Origin: an uncultured Gammaproteobacteria bacterium
GTDB taxonomy: Bacteria; Patescibacteriota; Patescibacteriia; UBA2196; CAYSSY01
Assembly: GCA_964434055.1 (NCBI GenBank)
Contig: CAYSSY010000001.1
Location: 5,094 to 69,093 of the forward strand
Direction: 5' to 3'
DNA: 64,000 bases
In this document: positions 8,159 through 17,638 of the stretch, piece by piece
Layout of the letters: every line of letters starts with the position of its first letter
Numbering within the stretch: the stretch's first letter is position 1
Notes under the pieces: model-generated
Told to the model about the DNA's origin: nothing
What the model saw: only the letters and a program-made list of their open reading frames with translations
The model's database searches: none
Made by a program: the position numbers and the translations under genes

Positions 8159-9559
8159 TTAATTTCTGTTGCCCAGACATTGTTTAAGATTATGACTATT
8201 TTGTGTTTTGCTGACAACTATCATCATACCAATCAGCAACCAAAACAAAACCGCTAAGTCATTTTTAAAATATGGCACATCGACTAAACCGTGAACAAGC
8301 AAGGCTATCATAGATGCCATCAATACGGTTGAAAATTTACAATCAATGACTGTTGTCTGTCGTTTGTTGTCTGTCGTTTGTTGTCTGTCGTTTGTTGTCT
8401 TTCTAAAACCAGCGACATAAAACCACCCGACTATTATTATAAAAGCAGTTAATCCTAACAAACCAGTTTCAGACCAAAAAGTCAAAAAAATGTTATGAGG
8501 ATATAAAAATATTTCAATATACTGCTTCTGGTGAAATGACGCCAGCGCGCTTTGATAACCATTAATACCCGAACCGAGTAATGGTCGTGTCTTTAGCATT
8601 TTAACAGTTTCACTCCACATTTCAAGACGAGTGGAAATTGAATCACCTCCAACAACTGTGGTGTCGCCTTTAAAATTCGGCAAGCCATTCATTAATATAT
8701 AAAAAAATAAAAATAAAAAAACAATAATTATGAATCCTAAAAAATATTTTCTAAACGGCTTATAAAAAAAGGCATAGAAAATAATACCCACTAAAACTGC
8801 CAATAATCCGCCTTTTGATTTAGTAAAATAAATAACGGTAAACCCCAAGATACAAGATAAAATTAACAATAAATTTTCAATTCTTAATTTCCAATTTTTA
8901 CTCAATTCCTTGACTCTCAATTTTTGCTTCTCAATCCCAGCTACAAAAAAACCCAACAACATTATAACTACTGGTGCCAGATAAAGCGCTAAGGCATTCG
9001 GATACGTAAAAATTGATGTTACTCGCCTGGTTGCCTCAGCTGCCCAAAAAGGATTAGTAATAAATTCACCGGTAAATTTTTGATACAAAGCAAACAATGA
9101 CAAGATTAAAACATTTAAACCTAAAACTGCGATTACTTTTCTAAAATCCTCTTTGTTCATGATCGAAATAAAAACAATAAAAAATAAAAATGGCTCTAAA
9201 AAATACGCGCGCCACAAACCGACGGCCGAATATAAGTTAGGCGACATAAAAATAGAAATAATTGATGCAATCAATAACAATGAACAGCCAACTAACAGTA
9301 ACTTAAAATTTATAATTTTAGATTTAAAATTGCTAATTATTTCTTTAGCGTCTCCGTATTTTAATGCTCTAATGAAAAAAACCACAAATAAAATCAAAAT
9401 TTCAAACTCCAATATGGTTGTTGGTAAACCAAAAACTTTAAAACGCACTAAATATAAAGGCAATGTCAAAATAACTAAATAAACACTATTCTTCAGATTT
9501 TTAAAAGAAAGAATTAAAAAAATTATCAAATAAATGGTAATAAAAAAAAGTTTAAGCAT
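8159..9559 (-). CDS. O-antigen ligase / Wzy-like polytopic membrane protein
   Basis: 466 aa, more than 10 predicted TM helices. Overlaps the downstream flippase gene by 8 bp, so the two form an operon. Confidence 0.5.
   Translation of the reverse strand: MLKLFFITIYLIIFLILSFKNLKNSVYLVILTLPLYLVRFKVFGLPTTILEFEILILFVVFFIRALKYGDAKEIISNFKSKIINFKLLLVGCSLLLIASIISIFMSPNLYSAVGLWRAYFLEPFLFFIVFISIMNKEDFRKVIAVLGLNVLILSLFALYQKFTGEFITNPFWAAEATRRVTSIFTYPNALALYLAPVVIMLLGFFVAGIEKQKLRVKELSKNWKLRIENLLLILSCILGFTVIYFTKSKGGLLAVLVGIIFYAFFYKPFRKYFLGFIIIVFLFLFFYILMNGLPNFKGDTTVVGGDSISTRLEMWSETVKMLKTRPLLGSGINGYQSALASFHQKQYIEIFLYPHNIFLTFWSETGLLGLTAFIIIVGWFYVAGFRKTTNDRQQTTDNKRQTTVIDCKFSTVLMASMIALLVHGLVDVPYFKNDLAVLFWLLIGMMIVVSKTQNSHNLKQCLGNRN
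8351..8400. repeat. 14-bp tandem repeat (tgttgtctgtcgtt x3.5) inside the coding sequence of 8159..9559
   Basis: Three full copies at 8351, 8365 and 8379, plus a partial copy. It encodes the repeated TTDNKRQ motif near the C-terminus. Confidence 0.8.
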
Positions 9560-10988
9560 GATTGCCGTTCTTACCTTTAATGAAATCTACTGGATTGAAA
9601 GTTCCTTTTTTAAAAACACCAAAAAAATATAAACTACTAAAATAAACAACGCCACCTAAAACGATAGACAGCAACAGACCTCTTTGACTAAAAAATATGA
9701 TCGTCGCCATTACTAAACTGGCTAAAAAACTTAAAAAACTATTCTTAAATTTAATTTTTATTTTTGTTTCCTGTCGGACATTCGCCCAAGAAGCCACAAG
9801 AATGAAAGCTTCAACAAAAACAGTTATCAGCGCTGCTGCCCAATATGAATAACGAGGAATAAAAATAAAATATAAACTAAGCGCACTCAAAGCAGCTACA
9901 ACATAATATTTCATCATTGTCTTCTGACGATTAACGGCAACAACGGCAAAAGTCGAAAGGTGTGCCCAAAAAATTATTCCAGTCGCGACAATTAATATTC
10001 TTAATATCCCAGCTGAGGCTATAAATTTGTCGCCAGCAATTAACATTATTAAAGGATTTGCTAAAATAATAGTTCCTAAAACCATAGGGCAAACAATCAG
10101 TGACAAAAAATCAAAAGCTTTCTGAAAAAAATTCTGGAATTCTATTTGGTTTTTCAAGGACCAAGCGCGAGAAAGATAAGGTGAAACCAAACCCATAAAA
10201 ATCGCTGGAAATGCAATAAGAACTTCTAAAATTTTGTATGGCGCGCCATAAATTCCTACTTCTGACTGTGGACGATAAAGTGAGAGAATAATAGTATCAG
10301 CTTTAAAATAAATCATTGAAAAAACCATATAAGTCGCCACTGGCCATACTTTTTTAAAAGTATCACGCCAAATATTTTTATCAAAAGCAAAAGAAAAAGA
10401 TAAAATTTTTCTGGCAAAATAAAAATTAATTAGAAAATGGACAGCCGTACCAGCCACAACAGTTAGAAGTACGGTCAAAAAACCAGCCTGACTCCTAATC
10501 ACTATCAAAGTCAGTGCTAAAATAATAATCTTGCCACAAATTTCTGCCAGAGCTGGATATTTTGTTTTTAACTGTTGTTGAAAAAGTGCCACCAGGATCT
10601 GATCAAGCATCATTAAAAATACCGGAATGGCAATAATTAACGTACCATTTTTTATTTCTTGATCATAAGGAAAAAGAAAAATAAGTACACCGGCTAAAAA
10701 CATAAAAAAAAGACTGGAAAAAAATCGCATGGTAAAAATATTGCTATAAAATCTTTTCTGATCTAAATTATCACGCCCTAATTCATTAACTGACACTAGA
10801 TAAAGTCCTAGATCACCAATGGTTGAAAAGAAAAAAAGATAGGAAAAAACGGTGGTATAATAGCCATAACCTTCCGGACCTAAATAGCGAGTCAATAACC
10901 CGATAATGAACAAACCTAAAGCCGAACCGGAAAATTTTCCCAGTGTATGAATAAGTGTATTTTTAGCAATGGAAAGCTTTAAACTCAT
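9552..10988 (-). CDS. Polysaccharide biosynthesis protein / oligosaccharide flippase (Wzx, MOP superfamily)
   Basis: The N-terminus LKLSIAKNTLIHTLGKFSGSALGLFIIGLLTRYLGPEGYGYY is typical of Wzx. The track start 11024 is TTG; the start was moved to ATG 10988. Confidence 0.7.
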   Translation of the reverse strand: MSLKLSIAKNTLIHTLGKFSGSALGLFIIGLLTRYLGPEGYGYYTTVFSYLFFFSTIGDLGLYLVSVNELGRDNLDQKRFYSNIFTMRFFSSLFFMFLAGVLIFLFPYDQEIKNGTLIIAIPVFLMMLDQILVALFQQQLKTKYPALAEICGKIIILALTLIVIRSQAGFLTVLLTVVAGTAVHFLINFYFARKILSFSFAFDKNIWRDTFKKVWPVATYMVFSMIYFKADTIILSLYRPQSEVGIYGAPYKILEVLIAFPAIFMGLVSPYLSRAWSLKNQIEFQNFFQKAFDFLSLIVCPMVLGTIILANPLIMLIAGDKFIASAGILRILIVATGIIFWAHLSTFAVVAVNRQKTMMKYYVVAALSALSLYFIFIPRYSYWAAALITVFVEAFILVASWANVRQETKIKIKFKNSFLSFLASLVMATIIFFSQRGLLLSIVLGGVVYFSSLYFFGVFKKGTFNPVDFIKGKNGNHA

Positions 10989-11136
10989 AGGTTGATTGTA
11001 GCACCTGACACGCCTTTTTGACAAAAATCTATATAGATATTTTGATTTTTTTATCCACAGTTGACGCTTTAGTAATTATCCTTTATTCTTAATAATGAAA
11101 ATGCCTATCAGACAAAAAAAATTAAACACTTACTGA

Positions 11137-11172
11137 CAGCTCCCTTAAGGATCATAAGGGAGCTGTTTTTTT
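11137..11172 (+). terminator. Strong intrinsic terminator hairpin with T7 tail and no upstream plus-strand gene. It may end a short sRNA.
   Basis: CAGCTCCCTTAaggatcaTAAGGGAGCTGttttttt. A perfect DnaA box TTATCCACA lies at 11046-11054. A possible -35 TTGACG is at 11061. Confidence 0.45.
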
Positions 11173-11200
11173 ATAACTCAAGACTAGGAGGGTAATTCAA

Positions 11201-11689
11201 ATGACCCAAAGAATTCAAGACACATATTTAACCAATCTCTTGCAAAGGCAAATTAATCAAGAGGCAAAACCAAACTGCCCATTTACCGAGTCATGTCTGT
11301 TGCATAAAAAAAACATGTGCCCAACTCCTCAGTTAAATTCTTGTGGTGAGTTTACCAGCCTAATTATCGGTCGCTGTCTAATCTGTCAATATCAAAACAG
11401 ATTGAAAGTTCGTACAATTGATGGCACTGATCTAGAAATAAGCCGGGATTGGTTAAAAGTCACTGTTCTAAAACCTTTCTTTCAAGAATTGCCGCCAATT
11501 ATCTGTAATCACTGCCGTCAACAAATATACAACCGTTGCCCGCGCTGTGATAATAAAGGCATCTTAAAAATTGGTTTAAAGACTGGCTGGCTGACCTTGC
11601 CAAAGGAGTTAAAAAAAATAGATCCATTCAAGAAGCTATTTGAGGAACTTGGTTGGGTGCCATGCGATCAATGCTGCCAAGCACAATAA
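11201..11689 (+). CDS. Cys-rich zinc-ribbon-like hypothetical protein (multiple CxxC pairs)
   Basis: AGGAGGG SD. 20 Cys in 162 aa, including CNHCRQQIYNRCPRCDN and CDQCCQ. Confidence 0.5.
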   Translation: MTQRIQDTYLTNLLQRQINQEAKPNCPFTESCLLHKKNMCPTPQLNSCGEFTSLIIGRCLICQYQNRLKVRTIDGTDLEISRDWLKVTVLKPFFQELPPIICNHCRQQIYNRCPRCDNKGILKIGLKTGWLTLPKELKKIDPFKKLFEELGWVPCDQCCQAQ

Positions 11690-11692
11690 AAA

Positions 11693-11720
11693 AGGACCTA
11701 ATTTTCTGGGTCCTTATTAA
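11693..11720 (+). terminator. Rho-independent terminator after 11201..11689
   Basis: AGGACCtaattttctGGGTCCTtatt. Confidence 0.5.
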
Positions 11721-12000
11721 TTTTGACTTGTGTATCTGTTGTATTCTAGAGATAAAAATTATTTACTCGGGGGCAGTTCTTTTATTGGCGGCGGTGCGAC
11801 CTGTGAATTGTTATTCTGACGTATAAAAGATTTGTCTTGCTGAATCACCAGCTAGCAGACAAAACCAAATATAATTGTTAACATTAAAACAACAAACCAT
11901 CTCCTGTGTTTCATTTTGGATCATCCTATCAAAAAATTTTAAGGTTTAAGGCTTTACAATTTTAAATCATTTCAGATAAAACGGCAAATATTTTAAATGA

Positions 12001-12029
12001 TTGACAAGACGTTATTTTTAAAGTATAAT
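12001..12029 (+). promoter_or_regulatory. Consensus sigma-70-type promoter (TTGACA-N17-TATAAT) for nusA
   Basis: ttgaca at 12001-06 and tataat at 12024-29, with a 17-nt spacer. Confidence 0.65.
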
Positions 12030-12088
12030 TATATTAATCGCTAGTTTAATTAAATAAACTAGCTTTTTTTAATAGCTAAATTAATCAT

Positions 12089-13324
12089 ATGCCCAGCGAA
12101 CTTAATATCGCCATACAACAAATTTGCGACGAAAAAGGCTTATCAGCCGATACTATCAGAGAAACAATTGAGGCAGCACTCGCTGCTGCCTACCGCAAAG
12201 ACTTCGGATCCAAACAACAAAATATTAAAGTTGAATTTAATTTAGAAAAGGGTGGTTTTAAGGTTTTTGATGTTAAAGAAGTAACAACTGATGAATTAAA
12301 GGAAGAGACTGAAAAAATGAGAGCAGAGATGATGGAACAAAAAGACAAAGAACCAACCAGAGAAACAGAAGAAATTAAAACTGACGGACAAGAAGAAGTA
12401 AAACATTTTAATCCGAAAACGATGTTGGCTCTTTCTGAAGCGCGCTTAATTAAAAAAACGGCGGCGGTTGGAGATATTATAAAACAAGAATTGACAGTGC
12501 CGGCTGATTTTGGTCGCATGGCTGCACAAACAGCCAAGCAAGTTATTATCCAAAAACTTAGGGAAGCCGAAAGAGAAACTGTTTACAATGAATTTAAAAA
12601 TAAACAGGGTGAACTTATTACCGGAGTTGTCCAAAGAGTAGAAGGTAAGTTGGTTCTAATTGATATGGGTAATATTACTGCTGTCATGCCTACAACTGAA
12701 CAAATAAGAGGCGAGGCTTACCGTCCCGGGATGCGTCTCAAATTATATATCAAATCGGTTGAACAGGGTTCAAAGGGACCGGAGGTTGTGGTGTCCCGTT
12801 CACATGCCGAAATGGTTAAAAAAATCTTCCGATTAGAAGTCCCGGAAATAAATTCTGGTGCCGTTCAGATCAAAGCTGTTGCCCGTGAGGCTGGCTCACG
12901 GACAAAAATTGCTGTCTTTGCCAAAGATGAAAATATCGACCCAATTGGTTCCTGTGTTGGCCAACGCGGAACACGTGTCCAAACTATTATCAACGAACTG
13001 GGTGGAGAAAAAATTGATATTATCGAATGGCATGAAAACGTTGAAAAATTTATCACGAATGCTTTGGCGCCAGCCAAAATAATTAGAGTTGATTTAAACG
13101 ATAAGGACAAAGAAGCTAAAGCCTATGTCAAGGGTGATCAATATTCTTTAGCAATTGGTAAAGAAGGTCAAAATGTCAGACTGGCTGCTAAGTTAGTCGG
13201 TTGGCGGATTGATATTGTCAGTGAAACTGGTGATCAGACCACAATAACAGAATCTAATGATACTGAAATAAATGAAGAACAGACAGAAAATAACACTGAA
13301 GAAGAACAAAAAACTACAGAATAA
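12089..13324 (+). CDS. nusA: Transcription termination/antitermination factor NusA (with an acidic insertion and acidic C-terminal tail)
   Basis: MPSELNIAIQQICDEKGLSADTIRETIEAALAAAYRK, then S1/KH-like regions (GELITGVVQRVEGKLVLIDMG; GSCVGQRGTRVQTIINELGGEKIDII). Confidence 0.85.
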   Translation: MPSELNIAIQQICDEKGLSADTIRETIEAALAAAYRKDFGSKQQNIKVEFNLEKGGFKVFDVKEVTTDELKEETEKMRAEMMEQKDKEPTRETEEIKTDGQEEVKHFNPKTMLALSEARLIKKTAAVGDIIKQELTVPADFGRMAAQTAKQVIIQKLREAERETVYNEFKNKQGELITGVVQRVEGKLVLIDMGNITAVMPTTEQIRGEAYRPGMRLKLYIKSVEQGSKGPEVVVSRSHAEMVKKIFRLEVPEINSGAVQIKAVAREAGSRTKIAVFAKDENIDPIGSCVGQRGTRVQTIINELGGEKIDIIEWHENVEKFITNALAPAKIIRVDLNDKDKEAKAYVKGDQYSLAIGKEGQNVRLAAKLVGWRIDIVSETGDQTTITESNDTEINEEQTENNTEEEQKTTE

Positions 13325-13358
13325 AAAATTTCAACCTTTAATATAGGAGGAACACATC

Positions 13359-14144
13359 ATGGTTCCTTATCCAGCTGTCTACCCACTGATTCATTTATGG
13401 TTTCTCAAGTGGATCAAAGGTATCAGGGGCATTGAAAACCTACAGCTCTTAGAAAAAGACAAACCATTTTTAGTGATTGCTAATCACCCAACTTGGTTTG
13501 ACTATATTTTTCAGATTTCAGCCCTGGCGATTATTCTAAAAAAAGAATTCATGGTTTTAGTTGACTGGCATGTTGGTTTAGCTGTTCGTTGTTTCCCCAT
13601 CTTAAGACCACTTTCTAAACATCTTAAGATGATCTTTATCAACACCAAAGTTGACTGCCGGCTAAAAAATGTCGCCTACCTAATTGACCAGATGAAAACG
13701 CGCAATTGGTCAGTCTGGATTTATCCGCGTGGTAAGGAAGACCGGCCTAAAAAAGCGCGCTATGGCGCTAGCCTCCTAGCACTGCTCACTGACTGCCAAA
13801 TATTACCAGTGAATATTTGGTACGACCAAGTATCACTGGAAAGACCTAAAGGTAATTGGATAAATTTTGTCTTTCAAGGTCTCAGACAATTAATGGCCAC
13901 CAGAAACAAAATTTATCTGACTATTGGCCAACCATACCGCCTAAGCGAGCAGAGTCAAGAAATTGAAAAATTACTTAGCATTAATTATAAGCAGTTACTG
14001 CTCGGTTTGCAGAAACTAATGACTGCTCAAGGCAGTGAACGCGTCCTAATAGGCTTAAGACAAATATGTCAAAAGATAATGGTTGAATCCTATCTCAAAT
14101 TAACCCCAACCCCCAATAACATCTCTGAATTTGCGCCTCTCTAA
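13359..14144 (+). CDS. Lysophospholipid acyltransferase (PlsC-family, HxxxxD motif)
   Basis: VIANHPTWFDYIF (NHxxxxD), N-terminal membrane anchor, GGAGG SD. Confidence 0.55.
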   Translation: MVPYPAVYPLIHLWFLKWIKGIRGIENLQLLEKDKPFLVIANHPTWFDYIFQISALAIILKKEFMVLVDWHVGLAVRCFPILRPLSKHLKMIFINTKVDCRLKNVAYLIDQMKTRNWSVWIYPRGKEDRPKKARYGASLLALLTDCQILPVNIWYDQVSLERPKGNWINFVFQGLRQLMATRNKIYLTIGQPYRLSEQSQEIEKLLSINYKQLLLGLQKLMTAQGSERVLIGLRQICQKIMVESYLKLTPTPNNISEFAPL

Positions 14145-14222
14145 ACATAGGGGGGTATTTTTTTGCTCAATTATAGAAGGCATGCTAAAATAACGTCATT
14201 ATAAAAATTAATAAATTTATTT

Positions 14223-15527
14223 ATGAATCATAAAATAAAAAATCTTCCCTCAGGACGTCTAGAAATTGAAATCTCAGTGGAACCAAGTGAATACCAAAAT
14301 AATTTGGAAAAAGCCGCCCGTAATCTGAAAGATATTAAAATTGATGGTTTCCGGCCCGGCCAAGCGCCTTACGAGTTAGTTAAAAATAAATTGGGAGAAA
14401 CTAAATTATTAGAAGTAGCTTTGGAAGATATCGTCAGCCACACATTTTTTCAAATAGTCAAAGATAATGATTTAAATGTCATTGGTGCTCCTGAAATTAA
14501 AATTATCAAAATGGCCCCGCAGAATCCGCTGGTCTATCAGGCTGTGGTTGACTTATTGCCGGAGCTGACATTGCCTGATTTGGAAAAAATAAAAATAGAA
14601 AAAAAAGAAATAATTGTTTCTGAAGAGGACATCAATCAGGCGTTGACAGAACTACAAACTATGCGGTCTAAAGAATCTCTGATTAATCGGCCTGCTCAAA
14701 AAGGTGACAAGGTGGAAATTGACTACAACATCAGTCTTAATAACGTACCAATTGAAGGCGGGCAACAGAAAAAATTTCCTATCTATTTAGGGGAACAAAA
14801 AATGATTCCTGGTCTTGATGAACAAATTTACGGTCTGAAAACTGGTGAAGAAAAAGAATTCCCGCTGCAATTACCTGAAAACTTTTTTAATAAGAATCTG
14901 GCGGGCAAAACTGGCGAATTCAAAATTAAAGTTCATGGTGTCTTTCAAATCGATAAAGAGGAAATTAACGATGACTTCGCCGGTCGGGTTGGCACCTTTA
15001 AAAACTTAGCTGAACTAAAAAAACAGTTGTCCGATAACATCAAGATAGAAAAAGATCGTGAGGAAGAAAAAAAAGTGGAAACAACTTTAATTGACAATTT
15101 AATCGATAAAACTAAGTTTGGCGATATTCCAGAAAATTTAATTAAACGCGAAACGCAAATTATGATTGAAGAGTTAAAAAATAACCTAGCCAATTATCAA
15201 ATTAATTTTCAAACTTGGCTCAATAATCTTAATAAGAAAGAAGACGACTTAATTGCAGATTTTCAGCCCCAAGCTTTGAGGCGTGTTCAAGCGGCGCTAA
15301 TCATGCGAGAAATTATAAAACAGAATAATTTGCAAGTAACTGCTGAAGAAATTGAAGCTGAGATTGAACATCTACAGGAACATTATATTGAACATCTACA
15401 GGAACATTATCAAGACAACAATGAAGTAAAAGAAAAAATTAATTCTCGGGCTTATCGTGATTACTTAAAACAAAATTTGCTTAGTCAAAAAGCTATGAGC
15501 TGGCTTAAAGAAAAAGTGGTTAAATAA
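14223..15527 (+). CDS. tig: Trigger factor
   Basis: GFRPGQAPYELVKNKLG motif and a length of 434 aa. Contains an internal 24-nt duplication (EHLQEHYIEHLQEHY) at 15366-15410. Confidence 0.8.
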   Translation: MNHKIKNLPSGRLEIEISVEPSEYQNNLEKAARNLKDIKIDGFRPGQAPYELVKNKLGETKLLEVALEDIVSHTFFQIVKDNDLNVIGAPEIKIIKMAPQNPLVYQAVVDLLPELTLPDLEKIKIEKKEIIVSEEDINQALTELQTMRSKESLINRPAQKGDKVEIDYNISLNNVPIEGGQQKKFPIYLGEQKMIPGLDEQIYGLKTGEEKEFPLQLPENFFNKNLAGKTGEFKIKVHGVFQIDKEEINDDFAGRVGTFKNLAELKKQLSDNIKIEKDREEEKKVETTLIDNLIDKTKFGDIPENLIKRETQIMIEELKNNLANYQINFQTWLNNLNKKEDDLIADFQPQALRRVQAALIMREIIKQNNLQVTAEEIEAEIEHLQEHYIEHLQEHYQDNNEVKEKINSRAYRDYLKQNLLSQKAMSWLKEKVVK

Positions 15528-15580
15528 AAACCACTTTTTTTGTTTTACCTTACATCACTAAATTGCTACAATATAATCAT

Positions 15581-16426
15581 ATGTTAATCGGCACTCATAT
15601 TTCAGCGGCTGGCGGGCTGGTAAACGCACCAAAAAATTCTCACGCGGTCGGTGGTGAAATTTTTCAGTTTTTTTCGCGCTCCCCAAGAGGTGGCAAAGCG
15701 CCAGTTATTACCAAGGCGGTTGTCACTGACTTCAAAACAGCAATGAAAAAATATCAACAACAAGAATGTTACATTCACGCCCCTTATTACATCAATCTTG
15801 CCTCAACTAATAACCGTATTTATTATGGTTCAATTTCTGTATTAAGAGAAGAATTAGAACGTGGTTCGCTCTTAGGTGTAAAATATCTTATGACTCATCT
15901 TGGTTCGGCCAAAGAATTGGGTGAAAAAGAAGCTTTGAAAAAAGTAGTAGCTGGTATTAAAAAAATTCTTGAAGATTATACTGGCTCCACACAATTTTTA
16001 ATTGAAATGTCAGCCGGCGCTGGCATGATTATCGGTGACTCTTTTGAGGAGATATCTTTAATAATTAAAAATTTAAAATTAAAAAATAAAAATTCTGTTG
16101 GTGTTTGTTTCGATACGGCTCATGGTTTTGCTTCTGGCTATGATTTGCGTGATCAAAAGGCAGTTAAAAAAACCTTTGATGATTTTGATAAGCTGATTGG
16201 CTTAAAAAGATTAAAACTGATGCACGTCAACGACTCCATGGTTGAGCTTGGCTCGCACCGCGATCGCCATCAAAATATCGGTGAGGGTAAAATCGGCCAC
16301 CAGGGTTTTGAAGCTTTGGTTAAAGAACCGCGTTTAGAAAACATTAATTTAATTCTGGAAACGCCAGACAAAGACAAAGATCAACTCAATATAAAAATCT
16401 TAAAAGATTTCAGGAATAAAAAATAA
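15581..16426 (+). CDS. nfo: Endonuclease IV (AP endonuclease family 2)
   Basis: MLIGTHISAAGGL...FFSRSPRGG...HAPYYINLAS. The track start 15563 is TTG; ATG 15581 was used. Confidence 0.8.
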   Translation: MLIGTHISAAGGLVNAPKNSHAVGGEIFQFFSRSPRGGKAPVITKAVVTDFKTAMKKYQQQECYIHAPYYINLASTNNRIYYGSISVLREELERGSLLGVKYLMTHLGSAKELGEKEALKKVVAGIKKILEDYTGSTQFLIEMSAGAGMIIGDSFEEISLIIKNLKLKNKNSVGVCFDTAHGFASGYDLRDQKAVKKTFDDFDKLIGLKRLKLMHVNDSMVELGSHRDRHQNIGEGKIGHQGFEALVKEPRLENINLILETPDKDKDQLNIKILKDFRNKK

Positions 16427-16430
16427 ACTT

Positions 16431-17196
16431 ATGCAACTCACTATTTTAGGATCCGGTACGGGTATTGCCACAAAAAATCGTAACGCACCCGGCTATCTTA
16501 TAAACGTCGGTAATAAATTAATATTACTTGACGCCGGAGAAGGAACAAAAAGACAAATTATTAAAGCAGGGTTTGATTTATTTTCATTAACACATATCTT
16601 TATTACTCACACCCATGTTGATCATGTGGCTGAAATTCCGGCAATAGTATGGCCTTTTCATTTTACACGGGTAAAAAGTGTTCTAAATTTTTTTGGTCCA
16701 CCACGGTTTAAAAAATTTTTTGGAACCGCTTTCAAGGCATTCATACCGAATATAAATCAAAGAAAGAAACTAAAAATTAAAATCAGAGAATTAAAAAATA
16801 ATAAAATAAAGCTAGATGACATAACTATTGAAACCAGACTGATGACTGAAAAAATGGGAAGCACTTTTTTGTGAACAAGAAATCGGCTATAGCATCACTT
16901 CAAAAAACAAATCAGTAGTTTTTTGTGGAGATAATACTGAAGAAAGTCTGCCAGACATAATGTGCTTAGCAAAAAACTGTGATCTGTTAATTTTAGATTG
17001 TGGACAGATTAAACCAGGTAATGGTCACTTAACACCAACTCTCGCTGGTCAAATAGCACAAGCCGCACAGGTAAAAAAACTGCTACTCACTCACTTTTAT
17101 CCTGAAATGGAAAAAATTGATATAAAAAAAATAGTCAAAAAATATTATTCCGGCCCAATTATATTGGCCAAAGATTTAATGAAAATTAAAATATAA
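16431..17196 (+). pseudogene. MBL-fold metallo-hydrolase (RNase Z/ElaC-like). It is split by a +1/-1 frameshift in a T6 homopolymer at 16865-16870.
   Basis: ORF 16431..16874 carries HTHVDH (the HxHxDH motif). ORF 16960..17196 in another frame carries the C-terminal part (LLLTHFYP). Removing one T from the tttttt run joins them into a roughly 255-aa protein. Confidence 0.6.
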
Positions 17197-17200
17197 ATTT

Positions 17201-17638
17201 ATGAAAGATAACAAAAATAAAAGACTTATGGTGGGGGTTGTTGTTGGTGTAGTTATTAAAAAAAACAACCACTATCTTCTGGTCCAGGAAAAGAAAAAAG
17301 AAGTTTATGGTTTATGGAATTTACCGGCCGGTCATGTTGATGTCGGCGAAACATTAGAAGCCGCTGCCAAGAGAGAAGCTAGGGAAGAAACTGGTTTCAA
17401 AGTTAAAATTTTAAAGCACATTTTAATGCGCATTAAAGTTCATCATGATGGAAATGAATCAAATATTAAATATGTTTATCAAGGGAAAATTGTCAGTGGA
17501 AAAATAAATTTTCCAAAGGATGAAATTCTTGATGTAAAATGGTTTACTTTTAATGAAATAATGAAAATGAAAAACAAACTTAGAAACATTTGGGTTATTG
17601 ATTCCATTAAACTAGCAAAAAAATATGAACTTAAATAG
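17201..17638 (+). CDS. NUDIX hydrolase
   Basis: Nudix box GHVDVGETLEAAAKREAREETGF. Confidence 0.8.
   Translation: MKDNKNKRLMVGVVVGVVIKKNNHYLLVQEKKKEVYGLWNLPAGHVDVGETLEAAAKREAREETGFKVKILKHILMRIKVHHDGNESNIKYVYQGKIVSGKINFPKDEILDVKWFTFNEIMKMKNKLRNIWVIDSIKLAKKYELK

Noticed and set aside
8014-8217. 67-aa ORF on the minus strand
   Set aside because: It is entirely overlapped by tRNA-Ser(CGA) at 8055..8139, so it is an artefact of the tRNA sequence.
12190-13110. Antisense or alternative-frame ORFs inside nusA (12190..12537, 12446..12634, 12858..13082, 12865..13110). The same was seen inside polA, pnp, the PPDK_N-like gene and others.
   Set aside because: They are embedded in strongly supported housekeeping genes with no independent start signals. 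They are typical overprinting artefacts.
15366-15410. 24-nt direct duplication in tig (EHLQEHYIEHLQEHY)
   Set aside because: It is a real but in-frame small duplication in a linker region. It is most likely neutral or a minor assembly or strain variant, and of low functional interest.
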